From Klebsiella phage KpLz-2_45, in sequence record MN871446.1: a DNA stretch of 64,000 nucleotides, one strand, 5' to 3'. The notes beneath the pieces were generated by a model, which was not told the origin of the DNA, made no database searches, and saw only the letters and a list, made by a program, of their open reading frames with translations. Position 1 is the stretch's first letter. Each line of letters opens with the position of its first letter. The position numbers were made by a program, and so were the translations under genes. This document shows, piece after piece, positions 55,743 to 63,938 of this stretch.

Positions 55743-56099
55743 TTAAGAACTGGAGAGAGAACGGAATTGGTTTTTGTTTACCAGCTTTTCAATGACCACC
55801 TTTTCACGTTTACCGTCGTAAATACGTAAAAGGAATAAATTGGTTTTGTTATAGCTTTTCAGTGCGAAGTAAAAACGATCCCCGCAAACGTAAGTGTCGG
55901 CGGAGTAAACAAAGCCATCGTTATCGACCTGGTCGTTGACAATTTCTGGATCGGTGCAGATGTACTTCTTGCCGTTCGCAAAGATGACCGCGCGGTTATC
56001 GGTGATCGTCCATTTAGAGTTTTGATCCTCGAACATAATCGCTGTTGCATTAGCGAAGAAAGGGAAAACCAACGTTAAAATAAGAATGATCTTTTTCAT
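55743..56099 (-). CDS. small secreted protein
   Basis: Signal peptide MKKIILILTLVFPFFANA|TAI. Two Cys. Size and layout are similar to the downstream neighbour. Confidence 0.5.
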   Translation of the reverse strand: MKKIILILTLVFPFFANATAIMFEDQNSKWTITDNRAVIFANGKKYICTDPEIVNDQVDNDGFVYSADTYVCGDRFYFALKSYNKTNLFLLRIYDGKREKVVIEKLVNKNQFRSLSSS

Positions 56100-56113
56100 G
56101 TTTATAACACCAA

Positions 56114-56461
56114 TTAATGGAAAGAATTAGAGAGCCAGAAACGACATTCGTCTTGCTGCGTTGCTTCTAGCTTGGTTTTCATCTCAGTGAAACATTTGAT
56201 GTCGTCACGATGTTTACTGGCGATTTCAGGATCAAGAACTTCTGCCAGTTCCGCCAGAAAAGTTAAACTCTGAATCGTACGATCAAGGAGTTCAATGGCG
56301 CGACTCGTTAACAGAGGACGTTCAATGAGGTCATGCTCGTCTTTAATCGAAAAGAGCGACTGGAAGACCGTTGAGAGTTCGTTGATTGTAGCGTCGTTAT
56401 CAGAAAATGACATATTGATTCTCCTTTTATTAAAAAACAAAATAAGAAGAGGGGTCACCAC
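56114..56461 (-). CDS. hypothetical protein
   Basis: 115-aa ORF. Confidence 0.5.
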   Translation of the reverse strand: MVTPLLILFFNKRRINMSFSDNDATINELSTVFQSLFSIKDEHDLIERPLLTSRAIELLDRTIQSLTFLAELAEVLDPEIASKHRDDIKCFTEMKTKLEATQQDECRFWLSNSFH

Positions 56462-56466
56462 CCCTC
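56425..56466 (-). terminator. intrinsic terminator
   Basis: Stem GAGGGGT/ACCCCTC with CACC loop. On the minus strand it is followed by CTTATTTTGTTTTTTAAT. Confidence 0.6.
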
Positions 56467-56477
56467 CTCCGGCTGTA

Positions 56478-56945
56478 TTATTTCTTTAAAATGTCACTAC
56501 CGTTAAAGTAGAGTCTCAGTCCAGCGAGACCGAGTTTCTCTACGGCTTCATCAACGCCAACCGCCAGTCTTTCAATGACGGTATGTTCACTACCGCGTAA
56601 GAACATAGGTTCGAAGTCATCACCGAAGACACCGTCCAGATGAATCAACATCCAAATTTCACCGGTCTCTTTCATACAGACTTCCGACTTACCCAGGTCA
56701 TTGATGCGCTCAAGACCCAGATCACGTAATATCAGGATAGCTGAACCGCATTCATCGCCGAGGATCCAGTTATCTTCATCGAAATTTTCTAACTCTTCAA
56801 GCAGAACCCCGGCATGATGAAGGACGATATCATTAACGGCATTGACCATTGCCGCCGCGGCGTCACGGAATTTCTGTTCGCGTTCTTCACGGCTGTATTT
56901 CAGATTAGCAAAAACGCTTAAAGCAGTAGATTTTAAAAATGACAT
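56478..56945 (-). CDS. hypothetical acidic protein (start trimmed to MSFLKSTALS)
   Basis: The track ORF extends to 57152 through the upstream gene. The Met at 56945 is preceded by the leader AACTAAACCTATAGAGAGAAGACAAATG and a GC hairpin CTGGCAGGGG AATT CCCCTGCCAG. Confidence 0.5.
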   Translation of the reverse strand: MSFLKSTALSVFANLKYSREEREQKFRDAAAAMVNAVNDIVLHHAGVLLEELENFDEDNWILGDECGSAILILRDLGLERINDLGKSEVCMKETGEIWMLIHLDGVFGDDFEPMFLRGSEHTVIERLAVGVDEAVEKLGLAGLRLYFNGSDILKK

Positions 56946-57012
56946 TTGTCTTCTCTCTATAGGTTTAGTTGTATAATTGGCAGGGGAATTCCCCTGCCAG
57001 GTAAGTGTTTGA

Positions 57013-57645
57013 TTAGTTAAAGAACGGCGCCATGTTCGCACTGAATTTAATATCTTCAGCGTGTTTGAATTTGATCGTTGTAACAGTGATCGGTTCGTAG
57101 TTGGCCATGTTAACAATCGACAGCGTTTTATCGAGGTAGATAACGTTGTCACGGATGATCATGTGGTAATGCTCACGTTCCCCGCTTTGTACTTTAGCCA
57201 CTTCGTCAATGAAGATATCCGTTTCCGGATTAAAGCTGAAGTCGCTCGGCATAACTTTCACAGGGTTCTGTTCGCGATAACGCTTAATATTAACGATAAC
57301 TTCTTCTACCCCGTAGACGATAGAAAGAATATCCGTCTCTTCTTCGAAGTCTGCGAGTTCATCAGGAGTAAGAATCGTGCTGTCGAGGTATTCGCGTTTG
57401 TACGGCCAGTTGGCCAGGAATTCTGGCTCGTCGCACATCGTGGAAAACGCCTCTCTATTTTCGCAGTACATCCAAAAACGGTCGCCCGTACTCATACGAG
57501 TCTCCACGATTAAATCTGCCGTTTCCGGGATAGAATTTTCAAAATCGAAGCGCGGCGTGAATGTGGCGAAATTCTCGGAGAGCGTGTCCGGGGTCAAATC
57601 AAAGTTAGCGTCTTTAGCGAAAACAGTAATAGTGAAAGTGGTCAT
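57013..57645 (-). CDS. hypothetical protein
   Basis: 210-aa ORF preceded by the leader AACTAAACCAATAAGGAATATATCATG. Confidence 0.55.
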   Translation of the reverse strand: MTTFTITVFAKDANFDLTPDTLSENFATFTPRFDFENSIPETADLIVETRMSTGDRFWMYCENREAFSTMCDEPEFLANWPYKREYLDSTILTPDELADFEEETDILSIVYGVEEVIVNIKRYREQNPVKVMPSDFSFNPETDIFIDEVAKVQSGEREHYHMIIRDNVIYLDKTLSIVNMANYEPITVTTIKFKHAEDIKFSANMAPFFN

Positions 57646-57785
57646 GATATATTCCTTATTGGTTTAGTTAAAAGTATGATAAAAAGGTTATTCTTTTCCT
57701 TTATCACTCGGGCAATATATACATGAAAAAAATTGGAGATTAATCTTATGACTTTTTCACTGAACATAACCAGGTTGAATACTCT
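57646..57785. promoter_or_regulatory. conserved divergent intergenic cassette, copy C, with a 15-codon uORF
   Basis: Leader CCTTATTGGTTTAGTTA (57654-57670). Tract TTCTTTTCCTTT. Box CACTCGGGCAATATATACATGAAAAAAATTGGAG (57705-57738). The GGAG serves as SD for a tiny ORF, ATG 57748 to TAA 57795, whose end overlaps the glycosyltransferase ATG at 57786. Confidence 0.5.
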
Positions 57786-59243
57786 ATGGACGTAATCATT
57801 GATGGTAAACGTTATATACCAGAAGAACAAGCAGAGAAGAAAATTGGGATAGCGATCTCCACGCGTAACCGACACGACGTCCTTAAACGAACGTTAGAGC
57901 AACACGAAAAGTTTCTACCACCTAATGCCGTGGTTTACATTGTCGACGATGGGTCTGATACCCCAGTTAAAGGTCCTGAATGGGCTCAGGTGCACCGTCA
58001 CGAGAAAAGCGAAGGGATTGTTGCGGTAAAGAATACTTCGCTTCAGCTTTTGATTGACGCCAGTTGTGAGCATCTTTACCTCTGGGACGATGACGCGTTC
58101 CCTATCGCAGAGAATTGGTGGGTGCCGTATATGGAATCCCCTGAACCGCATCTGGGTTATCAATTTAAAGACCTCGCCGGTAAAAGGAAAATCAACGATA
58201 CTATCGAGGTCTTCAATGACGGTAAACACTTCGCGCTTTCGGGTCAGCGTGGTGTAATGTTGTACTACCATAAATCCGCAATTGATAAAGTCGGTGGTTT
58301 TGATCCTATTTACCAACGGGGAATGTATGAACACGTTGACTTAGCATTAAGAATTCACAATGCTGGGTTAACAACGTTTCCTTTTGGCGACGTCGTTGGT
58401 AGTAACAAACTCATCTACTCACTCGATGAACATGAAGAAGTGACGCGTTCAGTCCCGCCAGCTGATCGCCAGCAACAAGTCGAACGTAACGTCAAGATTT
58501 ATAACGCCAGGCGGAGAGCGCGTTATAGCGGATTCGCCCCGTACCGTAAACCACGTCGGGTGGTAATGACTTGTCTGCTCACTGGTTGTGTAGACCCGCA
58601 GCGTAATCAGCACATGCAGGCGACTCCCGCTTTATTACAAGCGTGGGCGAACAGTATTAAGGGCGCAGAGAAAATTGTCTTTGCTGATCAACTCTCAGCG
58701 ATGACGGGTGTGAATCTGATTAAGGTTCCCGAAGTCAACAATCTTTCCCCTTACTTCTTACGGTGGTTGCACATCTACCAATATCTCCGCGATAACCCGG
58801 ATATTGAACAGGTCTGGTGCACAGACGGAACTGACGTTATCATGTTGAGAGAACCATGGGAAAGCATGGAACCCGGTAAACTGTATGTCGGTAATGAACA
58901 CACCACTTACAGCAACCCGTGGTTTGATAAAGTCAATCACCAGAAGTCCCTGAAAAAGTTTATTCAGGAAAATAAAGATCAGCAGGTTGTCAACGCTGGG
59001 ATTATTGGTGGTTCACGTGAAGACGTCATGAAAGTGGCACACGGGATGATCGCGCAAGTCTGGAAAATGAAATCAGAAATTTTCTGGCGAGAAGAAACCG
59101 GTCCTGAATCAGCGACAGATATGGTAATGTTCGGAATCGAAGTCTTCAAATTTGGTGAGAACCTGGTACACGGCCCGATCGTCAACACCGTCTTTAAAGG
59201 AAACGGTCACGGCAATGACATCGCTTTCTGGCAGCACAAGTAG
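57786..59243 (+). CDS. glycosyltransferase (GT2-like GT-A N-domain plus second nucleotide-sugar-transferase-like domain)
   Basis: IGIAISTRNRHDVLKRTLEQHEKFLPPNAVVYIVDDGSDTP is the typical GT2 N-terminus with a DDGSD (DxD) motif. 485 aa. Confidence 0.65.
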   Translation: MDVIIDGKRYIPEEQAEKKIGIAISTRNRHDVLKRTLEQHEKFLPPNAVVYIVDDGSDTPVKGPEWAQVHRHEKSEGIVAVKNTSLQLLIDASCEHLYLWDDDAFPIAENWWVPYMESPEPHLGYQFKDLAGKRKINDTIEVFNDGKHFALSGQRGVMLYYHKSAIDKVGGFDPIYQRGMYEHVDLALRIHNAGLTTFPFGDVVGSNKLIYSLDEHEEVTRSVPPADRQQQVERNVKIYNARRRARYSGFAPYRKPRRVVMTCLLTGCVDPQRNQHMQATPALLQAWANSIKGAEKIVFADQLSAMTGVNLIKVPEVNNLSPYFLRWLHIYQYLRDNPDIEQVWCTDGTDVIMLREPWESMEPGKLYVGNEHTTYSNPWFDKVNHQKSLKKFIQENKDQQVVNAGIIGGSREDVMKVAHGMIAQVWKMKSEIFWREETGPESATDMVMFGIEVFKFGENLVHGPIVNTVFKGNGHGNDIAFWQHK

Positions 59244-59254
59244 AGGTAACTAAT

Positions 59255-59845
59255 ATGCGTATTGCGGTAGTAGGCCACGTATCAAGGAAGATGGCTATTG
59301 AGAAACTCACGAGCGTGCTCCCTTGCGAAGTGTTTCTTGACACAGTAGGGACAGGGGCGTTGGCTAACCACATCAAGGCTTTGGAATGGGCAGTCCAACA
59401 GGATGAACGCGTTGTTATCATGGAAGACGATGCTATTCCGGTTGAGGGCTTTATTGAAAAAGCAGAAAAGTGGTTTACTGTTTACCCGGAACAATTCGTC
59501 AGTTTTTATCTAGGGACGAGCCGACCACCGCAGTACCAGGAATTAGTAACGCACTCAATTCTTAACGCTAAACGGTTAGGGCGTGAAGCGATCCGATTAA
59601 ATCAATTGATTCACGGTGTCTGTTATTCGCCCGCCCCGGGTTCTATTGAAAAGATCCTAAAGGGAATTGATAACCGAAAACCGGCAGACTTTGCTATCGG
59701 GAGTGCGTGGGACGGTCCTGTCTATTACCCTATCAAATCGCTAGTAGAGCACCGTGACGGCCGTTCAGTGGAAAAGCATACTGACGGTAGGAAAAGTTCA
59801 GGGAAACGTGTAGCGCGCTTCCTGGACGGTAATTTGATGTACTAA
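59255..59845 (+). CDS. putative GT-A-fold glycosyltransferase (GT25-like)
   Basis: SD GAGGT. MRIAVVGHVSRKMAIEKL..VVIMEDDAIPVEGF resembles family-25 LOS/LPS glycosyltransferases (short N-terminal beta-strand, then DD). Co-transcribed with the GT2 gene. Confidence 0.4.
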   Translation: MRIAVVGHVSRKMAIEKLTSVLPCEVFLDTVGTGALANHIKALEWAVQQDERVVIMEDDAIPVEGFIEKAEKWFTVYPEQFVSFYLGTSRPPQYQELVTHSILNAKRLGREAIRLNQLIHGVCYSPAPGSIEKILKGIDNRKPADFAIGSAWDGPVYYPIKSLVEHRDGRSVEKHTDGRKSSGKRVARFLDGNLMY

Positions 59846-59868
59846 AAAAGAAAGATACGGCATAGAGT

Positions 59869-59900
59869 CTCTCCCTTCCTGCATTGGCAGGAAGGGAGAG
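59869..59900. terminator. GC-rich hairpin (weak, possibly bidirectional terminator)
   Basis: 14-bp stem CTCTCCCTTCCTGC/GCAGGAAGGGAGAG with ATTG loop. U-tracts are poor on both sides. Confidence 0.4.
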
Positions 59901-59902
59901 GA

Positions 59903-60316
59903 TTATTCTACTAACGTGACGCCTTCAAAACCATCTACCGTGTAACCGCGACATTTAACGAAGGTGATATCGAAAGCGATTTTCCCTAAGTTAAAGAGTG
60001 CGTCGCCTAAGTCGATCTGTTCAACTTCGATCACGCACGACGCTTCAAACGTGTAAACCGGCATTTTCTTTTCCGCGACAAAGACAATACGTTTCCCAGA
60101 AAGTTCCGCGTCCTTTTTCGCTGACTTGATTTTCTCCATCAAGTCTTTCGCGTTTAAATCGCCGTACTCGCTGTGAATGAAAAGGATGACCTCCTCTTTC
60201 AATTCAGGGGCGACCGCTTTCAGGAAAAGCTCCGCTGCATCCGACGTCTCAGCGATAATCGATAAGGTATGCTGAGATTTTAAGAACTGAATAAGTAGCT
60301 GTTTAACGGGGGTCAT
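59903..60316 (-). CDS. hypothetical protein
   Basis: 137-aa ORF. Confidence 0.5.
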   Translation of the reverse strand: MTPVKQLLIQFLKSQHTLSIIAETSDAAELFLKAVAPELKEEVILFIHSEYGDLNAKDLMEKIKSAKKDAELSGKRIVFVAEKKMPVYTFEASCVIEVEQIDLGDALFNLGKIAFDITFVKCRGYTVDGFEGVTLVE

Positions 60317-60514
60317 CTAGAAATCCTTGATAAACGTAATTAAGCTTAGATAATGCAACCAGCCGAAGACGACGACACAAACTAACGACTGTAAAACCGC
60401 CATCATTTTCTTTTTCAGACCGTCCCGTATTGCAATCCACAGAAAAGCGAAAATCAGGTTACCGCTCAATAAGACCAATAACCAAAGTAAGGTATTAAGG
60501 ACGTATGCCATCAA
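60317..60514 (-). CDS. small membrane protein
   Basis: Two TM helices in 65 aa. Abuts the previous gene. Confidence 0.4.
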   Translation of the reverse strand: MMAYVLNTLLWLLVLLSGNLIFAFLWIAIRDGLKKKMMAVLQSLVCVVVFGWLHYLSLITFIKDF

Positions 60515-60659
60515 CAGCCCCGGTAATGGTTTCGAGTTTCCAGAATAATTCTTTCCCCTCTCGTTTATCGGGAGCAGGGAGTTTCCCTTTACTGACGCGA
60601 ATACGAACAGCGGATTGGGAGATGCCTAACATTTTAGCGACGTCTTTTGTGTTTTTCAA
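60495..60659 (-). CDS. AlpA-like helix-turn-helix DNA-binding protein (about 54 aa, TTG start)
   Basis: Not in the track. An in-frame TAA is followed by SD AAGGAA and a TTG start. KNTKDVAKMLGISQSAVRIRVSKGKLPAPDKREGKELFWKLETI matches the Phage_AlpA/MerR-like pattern (xEVAxLLGVSxSTIYRWxxxGxFPKPxKLGxRxxxW). Confidence 0.5.
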   Translation of the reverse strand: MKNTKDVAKMLGISQSAVRIRVSKGKLPAPDKREGKELFWKLETITGAVDGIRP

Positions 60660-61101
60660 CGGGTTCGTTCCTTATTGAACTGTCTTTGGTAAAGGTGAAG
60701 TCAAACGCTTCGATTGATTCTATCTGGGCGATTCTGCCGTAGTCAGAATTAATGATAAGGGACTGACTGCGCATAGCAAAACCAGAAAGGTCTGGAAAAA
60801 GATTTCTGAATCCGATCGCCTCGGGGGAAAGCGCAATGTCAGCATAAAGCCAGATGGCGCCACTGGAACAATTGTTAACGATCTCGTAACCTACTAGATA
60901 CCCTGCGCTTTGATTCCGTGAAAAGGATTTTTCCCAATCATCGGCCTGTGCGAACGTGACGTAACCGATACTGCCAAAGTTCAGGATCTTCTGCATTTGG
61001 GCTTCCAGTCGATCAAGTGTAATGTTGTACTGATCAGCATTACGAAAATCACTGGGCGCATTGAAATTCATTAACTCTAAATTCCGTATCAATTCTGACA
61101 T
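60634..61101 (-). CDS. hypothetical protein
   Basis: 155-aa ORF. Confidence 0.5.
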   Translation of the reverse strand: MSELIRNLELMNFNAPSDFRNADQYNITLDRLEAQMQKILNFGSIGYVTFAQADDWEKSFSRNQSAGYLVGYEIVNNCSSGAIWLYADIALSPEAIGFRNLFPDLSGFAMRSQSLIINSDYGRIAQIESIEAFDFTFTKDSSIRNEPVEKHKRRR

Positions 61102-61119
61102 TGGCTTTACCCCACGATT

Positions 61120-61647
61120 TTATCCTCCGAAAGAATGGGAGGAAAAAGAAGAATGCGAACGAGATGTCGAACCAAATCCCGAACGGGTCACTGTTTTCAC
61201 GCCTGAGAAACCATTAGAGGTTCGTGTAGGCGCGAATTCTGTACCGCTACGAGAACGAAAGGTTTCGCTATTTCGTGATCGATAGAAAGGCTGTGCGTAG
61301 CTCCCTGTACCGCCATAGGAATAATAATGCGGGTATGGGTAGAAATGCGACCCACCATGGGACGTGTATTCACAGCGATTGTTGTCGTTATCTTTCTCAC
61401 ATTCTTCTTTGGTACGGTAGGGTTTTCCTGTCACCTTTGCGTTATCAACTGCTGACTTATACGCGTTGGTGCAATTAGCAGAATAGTCGTTGAGTGTCTT
61501 CTGACATTCTGAGATCGAACCGTATGGGCGATAAGTGTCGTCAGAGACGTCGCACCCGGATAAGAAAGCACTGGCGATAATCACCCCACCCGCCAGAATA
61601 ATTCTTTTACGGAATCTCGCCTTAGAAATATTTTTTGTTCTTTTCAT
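61120..61647 (-). CDS. YgiB-like (DUF1190) lipoprotein
   Basis: MKRTKNISKARFRKRIILAGGVIIASAFLSGC has a lipobox LSGC. It parallels my recollection of E. coli YgiB (MKRTKSIRHASFRK..LAGC). Shared features are a CxxAY..A...A helix, PYRTKEEC (YgiB YATREDC) and a C-terminal TVTRSGFGSTSRSHSSFSSHSFGG (YgiB TVTRGGFGES..RSxTGTSSRSMGG). Confidence 0.7.
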   Translation of the reverse strand: MKRTKNISKARFRKRIILAGGVIIASAFLSGCDVSDDTYRPYGSISECQKTLNDYSANCTNAYKSAVDNAKVTGKPYRTKEECEKDNDNNRCEYTSHGGSHFYPYPHYYSYGGTGSYAQPFYRSRNSETFRSRSGTEFAPTRTSNGFSGVKTVTRSGFGSTSRSHSSFSSHSFGG

Positions 61648-61685
61648 TACCCCATCCTTTAAAAGTAAATAATCAAATAAATTAA

Positions 61686-61720
61686 ACAGTATAAAAAAAT
61701 AGACAGGAGTAACCCTGTCT
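61686..61720 (-). terminator. intrinsic terminator
   Basis: Stem AGACAGG/CCTGTCT. On the minus strand it is followed by ATTTTTTTATACTG. Confidence 0.7.
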
Positions 61721-61749
61721 ATAGTGTAATAGTTTGTTAACGTAGGCGA

Positions 61750-62118
61750 TCAGTCAGAACGTCGCGCGACCGTCCAGGCAAATCCCCCGCTACCTTTTTG
61801 TACTTTGATAACAATATCGGCAGCGAATTTTGTTTTGTTAGTGAGTGCCCTTACATCTAACGTCAACCATAATTGGCGATTGGCGGCGAGTACCGGTTGC
61901 GGTTTAGAAGGGTGTGACAACAGAGTCACACTATCGAACGTTCCGTCCGATGGTATCTCAGGCAGTGAATCAGAAAAAAGTTTCTTTACGTTTCTTTCCG
62001 TGATCGGTCCAAACTGATCCTCCGTGAAGGCAAGTAAATCATCTTCCTGTTCCCCGATAAGCAAGACAGTTTTATTGTCTTGCCACATGATCGCATTCAA
62101 CGCATCTTGACAGGTCAT
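61750..62118 (-). CDS. hypothetical protein (member of a local paralogue family)
   Basis: 122 aa. N-terminal KTVLLIGEQEDDLLAFTEDQF resembles KASLLLTAKDEDLLLSAVDMLF in 62911..63366. Confidence 0.5.
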   Translation of the reverse strand: MTCQDALNAIMWQDNKTVLLIGEQEDDLLAFTEDQFGPITERNVKKLFSDSLPEIPSDGTFDSVTLLSHPSKPQPVLAANRQLWLTLDVRALTNKTKFAADIVIKVQKGSGGFAWTVARRSD

Positions 62119-62564
62119 TCATTTTCTCCACTAAGTTTAGCTAAGCCACTTTTTCTTTCAGAGCGGTCAAAGCCGAAAGTCGTTAAATGTCCGTTGCTTA
62201 ACTCGAAATGCGCGATGATATCCGCTACAAATAATGTTTTGGCCGGGAAAGCGTAATCTTGATAGAATCCCTGCGCAAATGAACCTTCGGAAAGAAATAA
62301 TACCGACCCTTTTCTCTCGCCAATAGAAGGGAAAATCTGTGAAAGCTGTCTCGATGCACTAATGAAACGATCGTCCGGATTATAATAGATCGCCATGTCA
62401 AAACCGCCATGACGTTCAATGAGTTGATTTTTACGATTATGTTCTATAGGATCTAACCCCAATTCCTTTAATCCCATCAACAACGCTTTTTCATTATTAC
62501 CTGTAACGAGAACGAATTTTTCATTAGTGTTACTTATTAAAGTTTTCAATGTCTCGATATTCAT
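62115..62564 (-). CDS. hypothetical protein (possible family member)
   Basis: 149 aa. MNIETLKTLISNTNEKFVLVTGNNEKALLMGLKELG shares its N-terminus with MNIEELIKGF... Confidence 0.5.
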   Translation of the reverse strand: MNIETLKTLISNTNEKFVLVTGNNEKALLMGLKELGLDPIEHNRKNQLIERHGGFDMAIYYNPDDRFISASRQLSQIFPSIGERKGSVLFLSEGSFAQGFYQDYAFPAKTLFVADIIAHFELSNGHLTTFGFDRSERKSGLAKLSGENE

Positions 62565-62591
62565 GATATTTCTCCTCTGTTTAAAATATAA

Positions 62592-62614
62592 GTAAGGGGT
62601 ATAAAACCCCTTAC
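62592..62614 (-). terminator. intrinsic terminator (T-rich flanks on both sides)
   Basis: Stem GTAAGGGGT/ACCCCTTAC with ATAAA loop. CGTTTTATTTG on the plus side and TTATATTTTAAA on the minus side. Confidence 0.65.
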
Positions 62615-62618
62615 CGTT

Positions 62619-62918
62619 TTATTTGCGATACGCTTTCGTGCCGTTGTCTGTCTGCTGAGTGTACTTGTTCTCAGAAGGGCAATACGGATCACGGGCGGCA
62701 TAACTTCCCCCTAAGACAGGCGCAATGCTTCTCCCTTCTACGTAGAAGTACTCGCAACCAGTCGCGTGATCGATGATAATCCGTAAATAACCATCATCCA
62801 TAGACTTCTTCTCGAAGCGCCCCGCATAGTTATTATCGGGGTCATCCCACACCGTAATAGTGTCAGCTAACGCCCCGTGCGAGAACAACAGTATCAGAAC
62901 AAGAAAAAGTTTATTCAC
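62619..62918 (-). CDS. small secreted protein
   Basis: Signal peptide MNKLFLVLILLFSHGALA|DTI. Two Cys pairs. Confidence 0.5.
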   Translation of the reverse strand: MNKLFLVLILLFSHGALADTITVWDDPDNNYAGRFEKKSMDDGYLRIIIDHATGCEYFYVEGRSIAPVLGGSYAARDPYCPSENKYTQQTDNGTKAYRK

Positions 62919-63366
62919 TTAACATTACCCCCGAGACCCCGTATTTGTTTCGCCAGACAGAGAAGGAGATTCCTTTCTCAGTGCGTTTAGCTTCTAACCA
63001 AACAGATGAAAAGTATTTAATCTCGTCACCTGAACCCCCTACCGAAAGCCACAATTTCTTGCCATTAGAAGAATTCGACGAGCGAATGGCTTTCATGACA
63101 GAATGAACAGAATCGATATAACTTGAAGTCGGGGACGTTAATTTTTGTTCGCCTAATCGGTTCTCCCAAAACGTTACGCTGTCAACTTCCCCGTAGCAGA
63201 ACTTTGTCATATTCTGTTGCAATAGCGCAATCTGGGCGACATTGGTGACTTTGTTACTAAAAAGCATGTCAACTGCAGAGAGGAGCAGATCCTCATCTTT
63301 AGCAGTCAGTAACAGGGAAGCCTTTTCTTGATCAGTAAAACCTTTTATTAATTCTTCGATATTCAT
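62911..63366 (-). CDS. hypothetical protein (paralogue family)
   Basis: 151 aa. See 61750..62118. Confidence 0.5.
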   Translation of the reverse strand: MNIEELIKGFTDQEKASLLLTAKDEDLLLSAVDMLFSNKVTNVAQIALLQQNMTKFCYGEVDSVTFWENRLGEQKLTSPTSSYIDSVHSVMKAIRSSNSSNGKKLWLSVGGSGDEIKYFSSVWLEAKRTEKGISFSVWRNKYGVSGVMLSE

Positions 63367-63374
63367 ATTCTTCC

Positions 63375-63938
63375 TTAATTAAAACGGTTAGTCATGGCCA
63401 GCGGATTGACTTTAAAATGCTTATCGGTTTCTATCTGACGAGCTAATCGCGTAACTTCATCAGCGGCGATAATGTTATATTCATTTCCAATTGCCAGAAT
63501 TACGCATGGTTTCTCTACTTGGACAGAGAAACCCAAGGCATTATGTCGATTGATCACCTCGTAAGTCTTCTTCAATCGGCTTTCTTCTCCCTGTTCGATA
63601 TTTAACCCAACCTCTTTCAGACCGTTGATAAAGTCTTGCAGATCTTGAAGAGTGTAAACAGGGAAAAGATGACCATTACCTGGTACAGCTTTTGTCCGTT
63701 GAAAGAAACGAGTAACTGACGGGAGAAGTTTAAAACGAGGGACCGGGAATTCTCCAGATGTAACGGTTTCATTGAATTCCTTTTCCGATCGATGGTAAAT
63801 CGTACCGTCTCCGTTCAACGGGTAGTAACTAACAGAAGTCTCCCCATCAGTGTCATTATTAGCAGAAGTCGCTAAACCGGATACAATGTAAATTTCGCCT
63901 TTATAATGCCTATATACCTGCCCGATAGAAATGGTCAT
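63375..63938 (-). CDS. hypothetical protein
   Basis: 187-aa ORF. Its ATG overlaps the TGA of the upstream partial gene (ATGA). Confidence 0.5.
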   Translation of the reverse strand: MTISIGQVYRHYKGEIYIVSGLATSANNDTDGETSVSYYPLNGDGTIYHRSEKEFNETVTSGEFPVPRFKLLPSVTRFFQRTKAVPGNGHLFPVYTLQDLQDFINGLKEVGLNIEQGEESRLKKTYEVINRHNALGFSVQVEKPCVILAIGNEYNIIAADEVTRLARQIETDKHFKVNPLAMTNRFN

